Source: Eledone cirrhosa | Taxonomy: Eukaryota | DNA length: 64,000 nt | Assembly: GCA_964016885.1 (NCBI GenBank) | Contig: OZ024742.1 | Location: forward strand, 170,872,001 to 170,936,000 | Reading direction: 5' to 3' | Part shown: positions 13,007 to 26,979 of the stretch, one piece after another | How the letters are laid out: every line of letters starts with the position of its first letter | Position numbering within the stretch: position 1 is the first letter of the stretch | Program-made: the position numbers and the translations under genes | Notes under the pieces: generated by a model | Database searches by the model: none | What the model was told of the DNA's origin: nothing | What the model saw: only the letters and a program-made list of their open reading frames with translations

Positions 13007-13970
13007 TACTATAAAGTATGTCCATAGAATCATTTGATAATATATATACACCATTTCCTCTCCCAATTAGCATAATTAGCCATACAAAAAATCAATTAGA
13101 CCAGGCTATAAGATTAAAAGGCACCTATGAAGAAATAGTAAATAAATAAACGATAGCAATCTCTTCGCGGCCAACCGCCAGAGAATTTTTACCCAACATT
13201 TCAACAGCACGTGGAAATCGATTAAATATACGGTCAACCATACACAATTAGGTATAAAATTAAAGTTAGAAATGCTTATATACATACCAGGATTTAAAAA
13301 TGCTTATATACATACCAGGATTATATACATATCAGGATTACCTTGGGTTTCGTTCGCATTTTGATATATCCTATTAAGGATAAAATCTCGAGCTTCGAAC
13401 TCGCCAGGAGACAAACTCGTTAGGACAGATTATTTTCTAAAGTGGTCCCCGCCAAACACGAATTCAAAATGGCTAAGAATCGTGACGTGGCAGTGGTCAA
13501 GTCAGAAAGAATGTGATTGGTTGCTTACGGTGAGTGGGTTGGTTGCTAGAAAGCGCAGCCCAATATTGCCCAAATTGCATCTCAACCTTATGGGAGATTA
13601 TTAAATATAAAGATTTACATATACAAACTAAACAAAGTCACAGATATATATGTGTTTTGGCAACCATTCACGATGTGGCTCAATGAAAAGTTAATAAATT
13701 AAATAATCAGAGCAATATACTATAAAGTATGTCCATAGAATCATTTGATAATATATATACATCATTTACTCTCCCAATTAGCATAATTAGCCACACAAAA
13801 AATCAATTAGACCAGGCTATAAGATTAAAAGGCACCTATGAAGAAATAGTAAATAAATAAACGATAGCAATCTCTTCGCGGCCAAGCGCCAGAGAATATT
13901 TACCCAACATTTCAACAGCTTGTGGAAATCGATTAAATAAACGGTCAACCATACACAATTAGGTATAAAT
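13007..13970 (-). mobile_element. Element with ~250-bp direct repeats and a decayed internal hammerhead
   Basis: 13007-13258 is nearly identical to 13718-13969. Minus strand 13339-13407: CTGGCGA-gttcg..cgaac-GAAAC-ccaag-GTA (A6G core change, no stem I). Confidence 0.6.
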
Positions 13971-15104
13971 TTATATATAAATTTGTGACGACGAGAGGGG
14001 GTCTTTACCCTATATATATAGTTCTACTTTTGGCATAAGGCCAGCGATTACCCCAGTGCATCACTGGTACTTTATTTTATCGACCCCGTAAGGCAAAGCA
14101 ACGACGGTGGATTTGATCTCAGAACACAAAGGGGTATAACTCTATGCTGCAAAGCATGGTGTCTGACGCTCTACCGATATTGCCAAGTATATATATATAT
14201 ATATACACTAGATAAACTTCTATATTAAATATAAGAACACATGTAGACCAAATTGGGCATCCTAAACTTTTTGAAATGATCTTTGCTAGATGTGATTTGA
14301 TAGATAATTTTTGGCTTTGTCTGTTTTTCGACTCTGATGCTTATAATGAACTTGGCAATATATTGTCAATTAACTTTGAAGGGTTGATCTTTGTGGTTTA
14401 TTTTTATTTTTTATTATTGTAGTATTTTCTAATATTTTTATTTTTAATATTTTTAATATGTAAAATTTTTTAATATGTAATATTTTTAATATGTAATATT
14501 CTTTCGTAATATTTTTAGTTTTCTATTTTATTATTACTTATTATTATTATTGTTGTTTTTTAGTTTTGTTTCTGATATATATTTTTATTAGTATATTGAA
14601 ATCTGCTCTCTATTTCTGCTTGATAGATAATCTTGTAGAGTAAAGACAGGAATAATAATACACATATATGTATACTCAAATTTTTATACCACATTGAGAA
14701 TGTTTTCCGTGAACCTAGGGTTTGCAGAGTTGATCATATAGATTCACATGGATGTTTGTAGCTATCACATAAACATATGAATTTAAAAAAAAAAACTAAA
14801 CATAAGATCATTAATTCTCACACACTATGGATACTTGTCTCATTCAGGAATACTGATATTTACAATATAGTGGATGTTTTATAAATACTAATACCTCTAC
14901 GTTAAAACATAGGGTTTTTACGCCTCGCATATATCTGGTTATTTTTAAATTTTTTCTCTCGCTATATTTTTTCTCTCTCTATATTTTTTTCTCTCTCTAT
15001 ATATCTCCCTTACATTAATACTAGAGCTAAATAAATAAATAAATAAATAAATGTATCATTGATACATTTACTCAACAGACCTCCCACTACCTAATTTTCT
15101 ATGT

Positions 15105-15480
15105 ATATATGTATCTATCTCTATTTCCTCTCTCTCTCTCTATATATATATATCTCTTTCTGTTTCTTTACATGAAGTTCTTCTCTTTATCTATCTTTCC
15201 ATCTCTCTATTTTGTTCAATACATTTCTTCTTTTTCTTCCTTTTCTTCGTTTTCTGTCTTTCTTTCTCTCTGTGTACAATTTTTTCACTGCCAAATCAAC
15301 CTCTTCAAATGCAAGTCGATGTTGTTACGGTATGTCGAATCTATTTATCTATAAAACTGTTTATATTGTATTTTGTCTGAGGAAGGCATAGCATATTGTT
15401 AATATGATATCCCTGAAATATATATAATGAAATAAATATGGTTTTATAAATATAGTTTCCATTTATTTAATATTGTAAAC
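15105..15480 (+). mobile_element. PLE-tail module with type I hammerhead at 15369-15434
   Basis: tattttgt-CTGAGGA-agg..catatt/aatatg..cct-GAAA-tatat-ATA-atgaaata. Near-identical inverted copy at 34375-34720. Confidence 0.85.
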
Positions 15481-15562
15481 ATACTCCAAATATTTGTCGA
15501 GTGCTTTTATATCAGTTATAAATATTTACTAGTTGTAACCCAACAATTTTAAATATAACTTT

Positions 15563-15630
<68 letters not shown>

Positions 15631-15635
<5 letters not shown>

Positions 15636-16230
15636 TTGGAGCTCTGAAATAGCAATATATATATGGATGTATATATAATGTATTTTGCAATACACTTTAT
15701 GCTTAATTAAAAGCATTTTGAAGACCTTAAGCTATTGTTTTAAAGTAGTGACAAATTCAGTCACTTTGATCTCAGCAAAAAGGGGAGATAAGCCGACAAG
15801 ACTTGTTTCGCTTTGGTTGAAGCTTATCAAGGCCAACTACCCCACCTGTCTACTGAGATCATTGATGTTATATTCTTATAGAAATCTAGTAAATAATCAG
15901 GAGCTGATTATGCAGAGCGGTTGTTGGTCAGGCAGAAATTAAAAATTAGAAATGGAGCTGTGAAATAGCAATATATATATGGATGTATATATAATGTATT
16001 TTGCAATACACTTTATGCTTAATTAAAAGCATTTTGAAGACCGTAAGCTATTGTTTTAAAGTAGTGACAAATTCATTCACCGTGATCTCAGCAAACAGGG
16101 GAGATAAGCTGTTTGCTGAGATCAAAGTGAGTGAATTTGTCACTACTTTAAAACAATAGCTTACGGTCTTCAAAATGCTTTTAATTAAGCATAAAGTGTA
16201 TTGCAAAATACATTATATATACATCCATAT
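15631..16230. mobile_element. Tandem-plus-inverted tail module with variant hammerhead at 15791-15834 (-)
   Basis: 15631-15793 is repeated at about 15947-16109. About 15972-16098 forms a near-perfect hairpin with 16109-16235. Flanked by (TA)n. Confidence 0.75.
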
Positions 16231-16362
16231 ATATATATATATATATCTACAAGACTAGAACTGTTTTCTTCTTTAGAAATCATCAAGAATTTATACTCTG
16301 CTATGTATTGAGTACCTTACTTACTGTGGTTACCTCCGATTCAACCTGGAATAACTTATAAC

Positions 16363-16455
<93 letters not shown>

Positions 16456-16457
<2 letters not shown>

Positions 16458-16682
16458 TGTTTCCGTAGAAAAAGTAAAGGAAATAAGAGAGCTCTCTCTA
16501 TAAGAGAGCTATTTAATTACATAATAAACAACACAATATAATTATTCCATTACCAAAGGTTTCATTTTATATAAATATTTGATCTGATGAACGGGCTAGA
16601 CGTTTCTGTAAAGATCGTCTAATTTCCTGAAACCTTTGGTAATGGAATAATTATATTGTGTTGTTTATTATGTAATTAAGTG
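16456..16682. mobile_element. Inverted-repeat PLE-tail module with hammerhead (16580-16647, +)
   Basis: ~50-bp perfect arms. CTGATGA 16584-16590, stem II tagacg/cgtcta, GAAAC 16629-16633, GTA 16639-16641. Inserted in (TA)n. Confidence 0.75.
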
Positions 16683-16789
16683 TATATATATATATATATA
16701 TATATCAAAGACATGTATTGAGTTAGAAACTCAAAATAGTCTCTTACAATAAAATTAGTTCTAGGAAAGAGGTTTTTCCGAGCCGTATA

Positions 16790-17038
16790 ATATAACTGAA
16801 CAAAAAAGAAAAACGAACACAGAGATATACATATATGTGTTCAAATCGCAAGGGACCAGATTCGCTAAGGTGAAAAGAATACTAACTATCGACAATGGGT
16901 TTGCCAGACTCAATTTAATAATAAATCAAGAAAAATAAATACAAACCGAATTGTGGTAACTACCAGCGAATCTGGTCCCTTACGATTTGAACACATATAT
17001 GTATATGTCTGTCTTCTTCGTTTGTCTTTTTTGTTCAG

Positions 17039-17045
<7 letters not shown>
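16790..17045. repeat. Inverted repeat (~77-bp arms) ending in (TA)n
   Basis: tataactgaacaaaaaag...gggaccagattcgct (16790-16866) versus agcgaatctggtccc...ttttttgttcagttata (16965-17045). Confidence 0.8.
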
Positions 17046-17104
<59 letters not shown>

Positions 17105-17335
17105 TATATTAATAAATGGAAACTATATTATAAATATATGAATATATATATATCATATTCATATATATATATATATTATTATATACATATTTATAAATAA
17201 CCGCACGCACGCACACACACACATATATATATATATATAAATAATATACAAGCACACACGCGCACACAGACGCACGCGCACACACACATATACACACAGA
17301 CACAGACACACACACACGCGCACACACACACACAT

Positions 17336-17406
<71 letters not shown>

Positions 17407-17892
17407 ATATTGTTAAGTATTAGATTCACTGAATCAGTATATGGTTGCATAAATGGAAAACATAAAAACATAAAATAAGATAAATATAAAATATACAACA
17501 ACGTGAAAGCAAGTGAAATGAAGTGAAAAAAGGTGAAAAGATAAAAGAGCTTGATTAAATTAAAAGACTAGATATTCAATTTATATGATGAAATGAAATA
17601 TAATGGAATGAGTTAAGAGGAGACAAAATAAGGTAGATGAAATAAAAAGATGAAAACTATCTAAATTGCGAAGGATAGAAATTTGGAAGGTCAATAAAAT
17701 TGTAGATGTGGATTAATAGAATGACTAAAATAGATAATTATATTAGAATAACTGACCAAGTTAAATATTGAATTATTCTAATGTAAATAGATAGGAGTAT
17801 GGGACCTCCGTCAGTTTCCATGAACAGTTACAATTGTTTGACTAACGGATCAGCCTGCACTTGAAATTAACGAGCAAGTAACTGGGTATTCC

Positions 17893-18252
17893 CAGGGCTG
17901 GATTTAGACCTTGGGCGCCCATGGAGCTTTATATTTGGTCGTGGTGGTTGTGGGGGTGGGGTCCCTCATATACACACAAAAAAAAGAATACACACAAAAA
18001 AAAGAATACACACAAAAAAAAAGAATACACAGCAAACTCCCCAATTTTACATATAAATGTTAGCTTGGCGCAAGTAATCTGAATTGAAAAGTTATACATA
18101 CAGGTATTAAATTCAAAAATTCTAACCATACTCAAACTAAATATCCCAGATGAGGGCAAAAATAAATTGCTACGGCCGTCGCTGGTGCCTCCCGTTCCAC
18201 TGCAAGTGACCCAGAGAAATTGCTCCTTTTGCCCCCATTAAATCCGGCCCTA
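17893..18252. mobile_element. hAT-like MITE inserted into a SINE
   Basis: TIRs cagggctggattta / taaatccggcccta. 8-bp TSD ggtattcc (17885-17892) / agtattcc (18253-18260). An 8-bp TSD with CAGGG ends is typical of hAT. Confidence 0.75.
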
Positions 18253-18779
18253 AGTATTCCACAGTGTGTGACAAAGTTGGTCCGCGTGAATTACAGATAC
18301 AACCTATTTTTGCCAACTGAGTAGATTGGAGAAACGTAAAATAAAGTGTCTCGGTGAAGGACGCAATGCACCGCCGGGAACCGAACTCACGACCTTATGG
18401 TTGTGAACAACCTATCCAAAAAACAGCGCACCTTCACAACATAGACACGTAGTATGCAGCAAATAGACAAAACCATTAGAACGTCGAATAGGTTGATTCG
18501 CAGTATTCGTTCCGGCTCTTTACACTCTAAGTTCAAAGCCTGCCGAAGCCACCTTTGCCTTTCATCGTTTCGTGGTCGATAAATAAAGTACCACTCCAAT
18601 ATTGGGGTTGATTCTTTTTTTCCCAACCCTCTTCCTGGATTAAATCGGTAGTGTTAAGGTATATATAGAGAGAGATAGGCTTTGTCAGGTTAAACTGCTC
18701 ATGGCATACTGCATATCCCTACGGCATCCCCAAGACTCCATCAAGAGCTAAGGGCTCATATCATATCAAATATATAGGT

Positions 18780-19060
18780 ATGTTATCTTAGGTATGTCGA
18801 TGTAGGGTAAAAAAGCAGCTATAGTCGTAAAGGGTCTATATAGCCCCCACCAAAAAAAATCAGTATCTGGTATAGATTTAACAAGTATATGAAATTTAAA
18901 ATGTAGTCGTCCAAGAGTAAATGACCATAAAGTTAGCGAATCCATATAAATAATAGTTGTGAATATCAAGTAAAGTCCTCCTGATGACAGAAAAAAGTGG
19001 AGAAAGAAGTGCCTAAACAAATATGGTTAGAATGAAGTTTCTGTTTGTAACACTGGGGTG
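18780..19060 (-). pseudogene. Possible highly decayed PLE-type RT fragment
   Basis: Minus strand ...IFTTIIYMD... followed by FFWWG and, after a frameshift, YID. Resembles ANIYM...WWRYIDD; weak. Confidence 0.3.
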
Positions 19061-19589
19061 GTTGGAGGTAGAAAAATGTTAAGGGTGATATTGGGTAATA
19101 AGTTTGGGTAATTTAACCTTTTTGTTAAAACCACCCTGCTGACTTGACATTAATAGAAAATGATAAACTTTAATATGGTATTGAGTACTACTAATTCACG
19201 CAACTATATAAATATATATATATACATATATATACATTCATACACCCCCCACATATACACTCCATATATATATATATTCTATATTTTGGCCAACTGAACA
19301 ATTTGTTACTCTGAATTATTACCGGTGACCAGCTGAAACTCCAGAGTAACAAGACTCAACACTTAGCTATAATAAGATATATTTAAACTCTACTTCGTTA
19401 TTGAGCACATATTCCCCAGTCCGTCTATAACATACGAATATATATATATATATATAACCAAAGATTAATATGGTTTTACAATAGATTAAATATATATAAC
19501 CAAAGATGAATATAGTTTTACAATAGATTTTACATAGAAAAAGTTTTCTGGAGTTATTATTATTCAGAATAATAATAAATGAATAAATA

Positions 19590-21190
19590 AATCTAGTGTA
19601 TAAATGTACCATTAAGACAAATAATAATAATCCATATAACTACATTGGTGCCACTTCATCTAAGTTTAAGTTTAGCTTTTACAATCATAAACATTCTTTT
19701 TCTAATCCAGATACAACATTTTCTACATCACTTTCACAATTAATATGGTCTTTGAAGGACAAAAATATCAAATACTCAATTTCTTGGAGTAAGGTAAAGA
19801 ATTCTGATTCTTACCTGAACGCATCCATTTAATCAAATTGCAATCTTTGCAATTTAGAGACTACATTGATAATTACAAATTATGGTAATTTAATTAATAA
19901 AAAGAATGAGTTATTTAGCAGCTGTCAACATAAGTCTGGAAGAACATTTCAAGCATTATACAAATTTCGAAAAAATATTGACTATTAATAATTCTTAAAA
20001 AATTATATATATAACGTTTTGCCATACCGGTAAAACATGTTTGTCGTTTTTATCTAGTAAATTAATCTCATGGTGAGTCTCAGTATCCTATGTTTGGAGT
20101 TAGAAAGGTTATTGTTTAACTAGAAATTTCTTGATTTGTGGTTTGAAATATCTTTTGGTTTTCAAAATACTTAAATGTTGATACTCATATGATGAACGAG
20201 TTATCTTCCTTTGTTTACATTCTTCGTAAATAATTTTGTTCTGTCCGAATAGCTTGCTAATGTATATATAATAAAAAGTAATTACGGAAGTAAATTCGAA
20301 ATAATAAAACTTTTGAAAGTAAATATAAGTACAAATTAATCCTGTAATGAAATGACAATCAATGAATTGAAATGATTTCATAAAGAAAATAGAATAATTC
20401 AGATAATAAATGATCTTAGTATAATATAAAACATATATACTGATAGTGCATACGTTTTAATAAATATCCTTATACATATTTAATAATTATTTAAATATGC
20501 TTTAAAGATAAAAATGCTTTTAAATATTGTAACAAAATATTTAATGAATATATTACTTAATTAAACTATGTATCTGATGGCTATAGAAAATATTTTTATA
20601 TTATTTAATTTTGATATGATATATAAGTATAATTAGCTTAAACATAACCAAATACAAAAGATATTAAACATTTCATGTTATTTAATTGGTTGCCTCAATT
20701 TGACATAATATTTGAAAACAATGGTCTTTATACCTACCCACCTCATTTCTTTCTTTCTTTTTTGTCGTTATTTCTTCTTTCTTCTTCTCTCTACTCTCTC
20801 TCTCTCTTCCTTTTTCCTTTTATATATTTCTTCCCTAATACTTCTATTTACTCATTTAAATATTTATGTATGTATGTATTTATTTATTTTCTTCTTGCAT
20901 TTCCTCATATTCACCCCCTATACCCATCTCTCGCTCCACATCCTCTTCTTCTTTAAATTTAAGTTTATCATGTTATTATTTGTGGTATATAAATGTTGAG
21001 ATTTGTTGTAATAAATCACTGCCAATACTGGAATTGAACTATCAAGACCGTTGAGGTATGTCATACATCAATTCATGTATTTTATGTGACGAGGACGTAC
21101 TGAAAAAACAGCACAGTACCTTCGAAATATATATAATACAACATATATTTTGATTATGTGAATGTCTTAATTTATTATTATTCCGAATAA

Positions 21191-21200
<10 letters not shown>
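19590..21200 (+). mobile_element. 5'-truncated Penelope-like element: GIY-YIG remnant, long AT-rich 3' region, decayed hammerhead at 21081-21140
   Basis: NLVYKCTI...YIGATSSKF...H...TSLS..IW..K; stop at 19830; then CNLCNLE...LINKKNELFSSCQH. HHR gTGACGA-gga.gtactg/cagtac.ttc-GAAA-tatat-ATA. Downstream tail is homologous to that of the 12521 HHR. Confidence 0.75.
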
Positions 21201-21248
<48 letters not shown>

Positions 21249-22414
21249 GTCAAAAATTTGTTTTTATATATATATATATATCTACATAAACACTCACACA
21301 CATATACAGTTTCTTTCCCATTTTGACCATCATACAGAACCAATTCTCAAAGACAACCCTTGTCACGACTGCAGATTATTTACAGCATAAAATTTCTCAA
21401 TGGCGTGCATTATTTTCTCTACATCAAAGAGACTATACACTTTAGTCGTTTTTTTTTTTTCAATCTCTTTTTTTGTTCTGTTCCAGGGGGCAGTTATGAC
21501 ATATATAATATCAGATTAACATATTTTGATTCCTTCTTTCAATTTATCGAACAAAAATATAGAAGAGAAATATATATTGATTTTTCGTTTATTCCGTGAA
21601 TATTTTTCCCTCATTCTTTTTTTGATTATATTTTTTTCGCATCGGAAAGAAAAAAAAGTGGTGAATATGTATGTATTGAACTAATAAAATGGTTTTATGG
21701 ACATTACAACGTCTGTGACATTTCTGAGATTATCATTTAATGTCAACCTTATATGATATTTATACATGATGTTGATGCAGTAACATTAAATTTTCCCTGT
21801 GTCGCGTCGGAAGGACATTTAGCCTGATAACGTCAATAATTTTAAAATGGCGTATGTACAAGATGTTAGACTTAGAGAGAGAGAAAACTCGTGAGAACGA
21901 GAAGTTGTAGCGTACATTAACCGTCCATATTTTCCTTTTGTCTTGTCTAATAACTGAAAGTGGTTTTCTGCTCATCAGAAGCTTATTTGGTTAACTACAC
22001 GGCTCTCACACAATTGTAAGTACTGACTTCTATTTTAGACAACCTATCAAAGAAGTTGTAATGGAGTCACTATATTTGTTAAAAATAGCAACTATTTATG
22101 ACCTAAATCCCACGCTACCCCCCCCCCCCCCAAGGAAGGGCCCATTGGAGAATGTAGTTCGTGATACATAAGATTACCAGCTTGTCACGATTGGAACAAT
22201 TTTGGATATACGTCTGCATTGTAACTTCTGACCTGGCGCTATGTAGCAACAAAAAAATAACAACGACGTTTTAGTGGCTAAAAAAAAAGACTTAGTATTT
22301 GGATATAGGCTGAATGAGATGTTCTCCATGAGTATTAGTAAGACAACTTGAAGATTTTAACCAGTGATATCCTGAAGAGTAGTAGTAGTAGAAGTAGTAG
22401 TAGTAGTAGAAGAA

Positions 22415-23300
22415 TTGTTTCTACTTTTGGCACAGTGCCAATAATTTGAAGGACAGAGGAGCGTCAATTAAATCGACCCCAGTGCGTGACTGGTACTTTA
22501 TTTTATAGAGACAACGTCAGGATGAAAGGCAAAGCTAAGCTTGGTGTGAACTGAACTCAGAACGTAAAACAATAATTATAATAATTCTTTCTACTTTTTG
22601 GCACAAGGCCAGCAATTACCCAGTACATGACTGGTGCTCTATGTAATCGACCCCGTAAGGATGAAAGGCAAAGTTAACATCGGCGGGATTTGAACTCAGA
22701 CCTTACAGGGTCGTAACTCTTTGCTGCAAAGCATGGCGTCCGACCCTCTACCGATACTCCCACTCCATCGCCCTCATAACACTATAACAATAATTATAAT
22801 AATTGTTTCTATTTTTTTTTTTTTTTTTCTGATCTAGGGTCAAGGTCAACAATTTTTGGGGAGGAAAAGTTGATTAAATCAACCCTAATGTGTTACTAGT
22901 ACTTTGTCGATCTCGTAAGGATGAAAGGCAAAGCTAACCTTAATAAAGATCGAGAGATTTTAAAACTGGCACTCTAATGCTCAGCTAATGCACCACCTTC
23001 CAATGGGGGGAGGGGGGAGGTAAACCTGATATGTTTGTTTTTACCCTGGACTCCGTTATGTAATGGATTTCTTTCTTCTTCTTTCTCTATTTCAAACAGT
23101 AATGTATTATTTGGTGGATTGGCAGTATCAGTAGCGGGTCAGACGCCATGCTTTGCAGCACAGTTACGTCGCTTTACGAACTGAGTTCAAATCCCGCCGA
23201 GGTTAACTTTGCCTTTCATCCTTACAGGGTCGATAAAATAAAGTACCAGTAATGTACTCAGTAATTGCTGGCCTTGTGTCAAAAGGAGAAACAATTATTT
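22415..23300. mobile_element. SINE cluster (three minus-strand copies, one plus-strand copy at 23112-23300)
   Basis: Same family motifs as at 1988. Confidence 0.8.
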
Positions 23301-24049
23301 GATACAGATTTGGCTGCTACTTATAGCAGGTCGAACAATCATTTAGAGACTTGCTATATTTATCGATATAGTTAACTGACAGTTTGTATTTCGTTACCTC
23401 TGACTAGAATTGTTATAGATTTGTGTCTGGCTATGTGTGTGTATACCTATTATTGTGTGTATGTGCATGTATTTGTTTGTGTGTGTGTAATGTAACTGTG
23501 CGTGTGGCTATGTGTATCTATGTTTATATGTTTGTAATTATGTTTGTGTTTGTTTGTGTGTGTGTGTATGTATGTAACTATGTGTCTATTTGTATGCGTC
23601 TATGTGCAACTATGCATATGTGCATGTGTATGTTTGTGTGTATTTATGTGTATGTATTTGTAACTATGTGTGTATTTGTTTCTGTGTGTCTGTATGTACC
23701 TATGTGTGTGTTTGTATGTAAGTATGTTTTCTTGTATGTGTGACTATGTGTTTATATGTGAATGTAACTATATGTGTGTGTGTGCCTATGTGCGAGCGTG
23801 TCTATGTATGTGTGTATCAGTGTTTATGTGTGCATCTATATAGGTGTGTAACTGTCTTTCTGTGTGTGTGTACGTCTAGGTATCCGTGTAAGTATGTTTG
23901 TGTGCGTGTCTGTGTATGTGTAACTATATTTGTGTGTGTAGTGCCTATGTGGGTGTAACAATGTTTATTTTTTGTGTCTTCGTGTTTGTGTGTAACTATG
24001 TCTGTGTGCGTATGTGTGTGTGTGTGTATGTTTGCGAGCGCAACAATGC

Positions 24050-24104
24050 TGATGTATATGTGTGTGTGTACATGCATGAGTGTGTTTGTATTTGTAAATG
24101 TGTA

Positions 24105-24154
<50 letters not shown>

Positions 24155-24228
24155 TGTGTGCGCATGAATGTGTTTGTATTTGTAAATGTGTATGTTTGTG
24201 TGTGTGTATGAGTGTTTGTATTTGTAAA

Positions 24229-24260
<32 letters not shown>

Positions 24261-24528
24261 TGTGTGTGTGCATGAGTGTGTTTGTATTTGTAAATGTGTA
24301 TGTTTGTGTGTGTGTATGTGTGTGTGTGTGTGTGTGTATGTGTGTGTGTGCATGAGTGTGTTTGTATTTGTAAATGTGTATGTGTGTGTGTGTGTGTGTA
24401 TGTGTGTGTGTGTGCATGAGTGTGTTTGTATTTGTAAATGTGTATGTTTGTGTATGTGTGTGTGTGTGTATGTGTGTATGTGTGTGTGTGTGTGTGTGCA
24501 TGAGTGTGTTTGTATTTGTAAATGTGTA

Positions 24529-24561
<33 letters not shown>

Positions 24562-24635
24562 CTGTGTGCGCATGAATGTGTTTGTATTTGTAAATGTGTA
24601 TGTTTGTGTGTGTGTATGAGTGTTTGTATTTGTAA

Positions 24636-24672
<37 letters not shown>

Positions 24673-24952
24673 TGTGTGTGTGCATGAGTGTGTTTGTATT
24701 TGTAAATGTGTATGTTTGTGTGTGTGTATGTGTGTGTGTGTGTGTGTATGTGTGTGTGTGCATGAGTGTGTTTGTATTTGTAAATGTGTATGTGTGTGTG
24801 TGTGTGTATGTGTGTGTGTGTATGTGTGTGTGTGTGCATGAGTGTGTTTGTATTTGTAAATGTGTATGTTTGTGTATGTGTGTGTGTATGTGTGTATGTG
24901 TGTGTGTGTGTGTGTGTGCATGAGTGTGTTTGTATTTGTAAATGTGTATGTT

Positions 24953-24983
<31 letters not shown>

Positions 24984-25035
24984 GTGTGTGTGTGTGTTTG
25001 TATTTGTAAATGTGTATGTTTGTGTGTGTGTGTGT
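24050..25035. repeat. Compound minisatellite: catgagtgtgtttgtatttgtaaatgtgtatg plus variable (GT)n, ~60-bp period
   Basis: About 16 visible copies, preceded by a decayed GT-rich tract from about 23420. Confidence 0.9.
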
Positions 25036-25590
25036 CGTTTTCGGTGTGCAATATATCTGAATGTATAAGTTTCATGCATATTTCTAAAAAGGAAGTGAAA
25101 CCAGTATCACAATAGAAACCTCTACCCTCCGTCATGTTTGCCTCTCTATGACAGATGGTATAGTCTATAATTAAACGTAGTTATCAGTGACCATCTTTTT
25201 ATAGATTGTAATTCATTGTGTTTGTTATTGTGATTTTTGTGGTCTTTGGAGGTTGTGTAAGGATTTTCCTTGTTTTCGTTTTTGTTTATATTAAACTCAC
25301 GCCTAAGTTCCGATAACATTAGGATGAGATGGATGCACAGACACTGACACTGACACGAACATACGTAATATACATTAGATGCGCACAAATGTATGTATAC
25401 ATGTAAGTATATATGTATATGTTTATATATATATGTGTGTATATGTGTGGGTGCGTGTGTGTTTGTAGGTGTGTGTGTTATACACATGCGTACACTCACA
25501 TGCACAGTCTGAACACTCAGGTGGACACATACATACATATCTGTATGTGTCTGTGTACATTTACTTACGCACATTATCACACACACACTT

Positions 25591-25653
<63 letters not shown>

Positions 25654-25814
25654 CGTGTGTATTTATGTGTGTGTTATGCACATGTATATAATTCTATGCA
25701 TACTCTGCACAGTCACATGGACAAATATATACGTACATATATACATACATATCTGTGTGTGTCAGTGTACATTTACATTCACACATTATCACACACACTG
25801 AGATTTAGCTATAT

Positions 25815-25863
<49 letters not shown>

Positions 25864-25884
25864 CCTAAACATATAGGTATATAC

Positions 25885-25952
<68 letters not shown>

Positions 25953-25980
25953 ATATATATATATATTTATATATATTTAC

Positions 25981-26030
<50 letters not shown>

Positions 26031-26979
26031 TATATATAGAGATAGATAGATAGAGATGATAGATAGATAGATAGATAGAGAGAGAGAAAGAAAGTGAGAG
26101 AAAGATACAGATATATATATATATATATACATATACAACAGTTAATTGTTCTTTCATTGTGTTGTTCAACGTAAGAGCTGACATGAAGAGACCGAGATTA
26201 ATTAATGATATGCTGTAGTTGATTAGATGGAATAAGTAGCATTTTTGTACGGCCTCCAGCCGAGTTAGCTTTACTCTTATTACTTCCTTGCTCACATGAA
26301 TGTTAATTAAAACATACAAAACTAAAATAATAGAAATTACTAATGGTTTTTACGTATGTATAAGAAAAAGACGACAACCGTGAGCTGTTTAAAGTGAATG
26401 AAAGAGTGGAAATATGTCAAACTATGTTCATTCCTCTCTCGAGGGCATTTGTGACGTACGTCATATCAAATAGCACCAAGCAATTGAATCCTGTATACAG
26501 TAGGCTCGCATCTAACGCCGTTAAAACAGTACAGCCTTTTACATATGTGGGTGGAAGGAATATTTAAAAGATTAAGGAAACAGCTGCAAAACTCTTAATG
26601 CCCTATTCCACATGAAACTACATTACTTAATGTAAGGGAGAAACGTTCTAAACCCTTTCACTTTCTATCTTTTCCAGAATTTTGTCAACTTCCAGCGAAC
26701 CTGATGTGCCCTGACACAACACCAGAAACCGTAAGCAGAGAAATGTTATTTGTAAAGTAGAAACATGGCAGTATCGTCGAAGTTTCAGCATTGTCGCTTT
26801 ATCTGGCTGCGTCTTATGGTGGGATCAGGTATCGTTAACAAGTTTATGTAGGCCTAGGTAATATTAAGTGGTAAAGGTGTTGAAAAATCAGTGATGGGGA
26901 TACAAAATGTGTCCGTGTTTGTTTATGTAAGTTTGATGGTTAATTGATTTTTATTGGTTGTATGCAAAGGGACTTTCTA

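Noticed and set aside
18980-19020. CTGATGA or CTGAAGA followed by a GAAA-like motif here and at 21972 (-), 35897 (-), 47284 and 48956
   Set aside because: Stem I and/or stem II cannot be formed, or G12 is missing; 47284 is transposase coding sequence (SDEEEE).
21780-21990. Possible host promoter or first exon (aaaatggcg, cggaag)
   Set aside because: The ATG opens only 15 codons and there is no splice or homology support.
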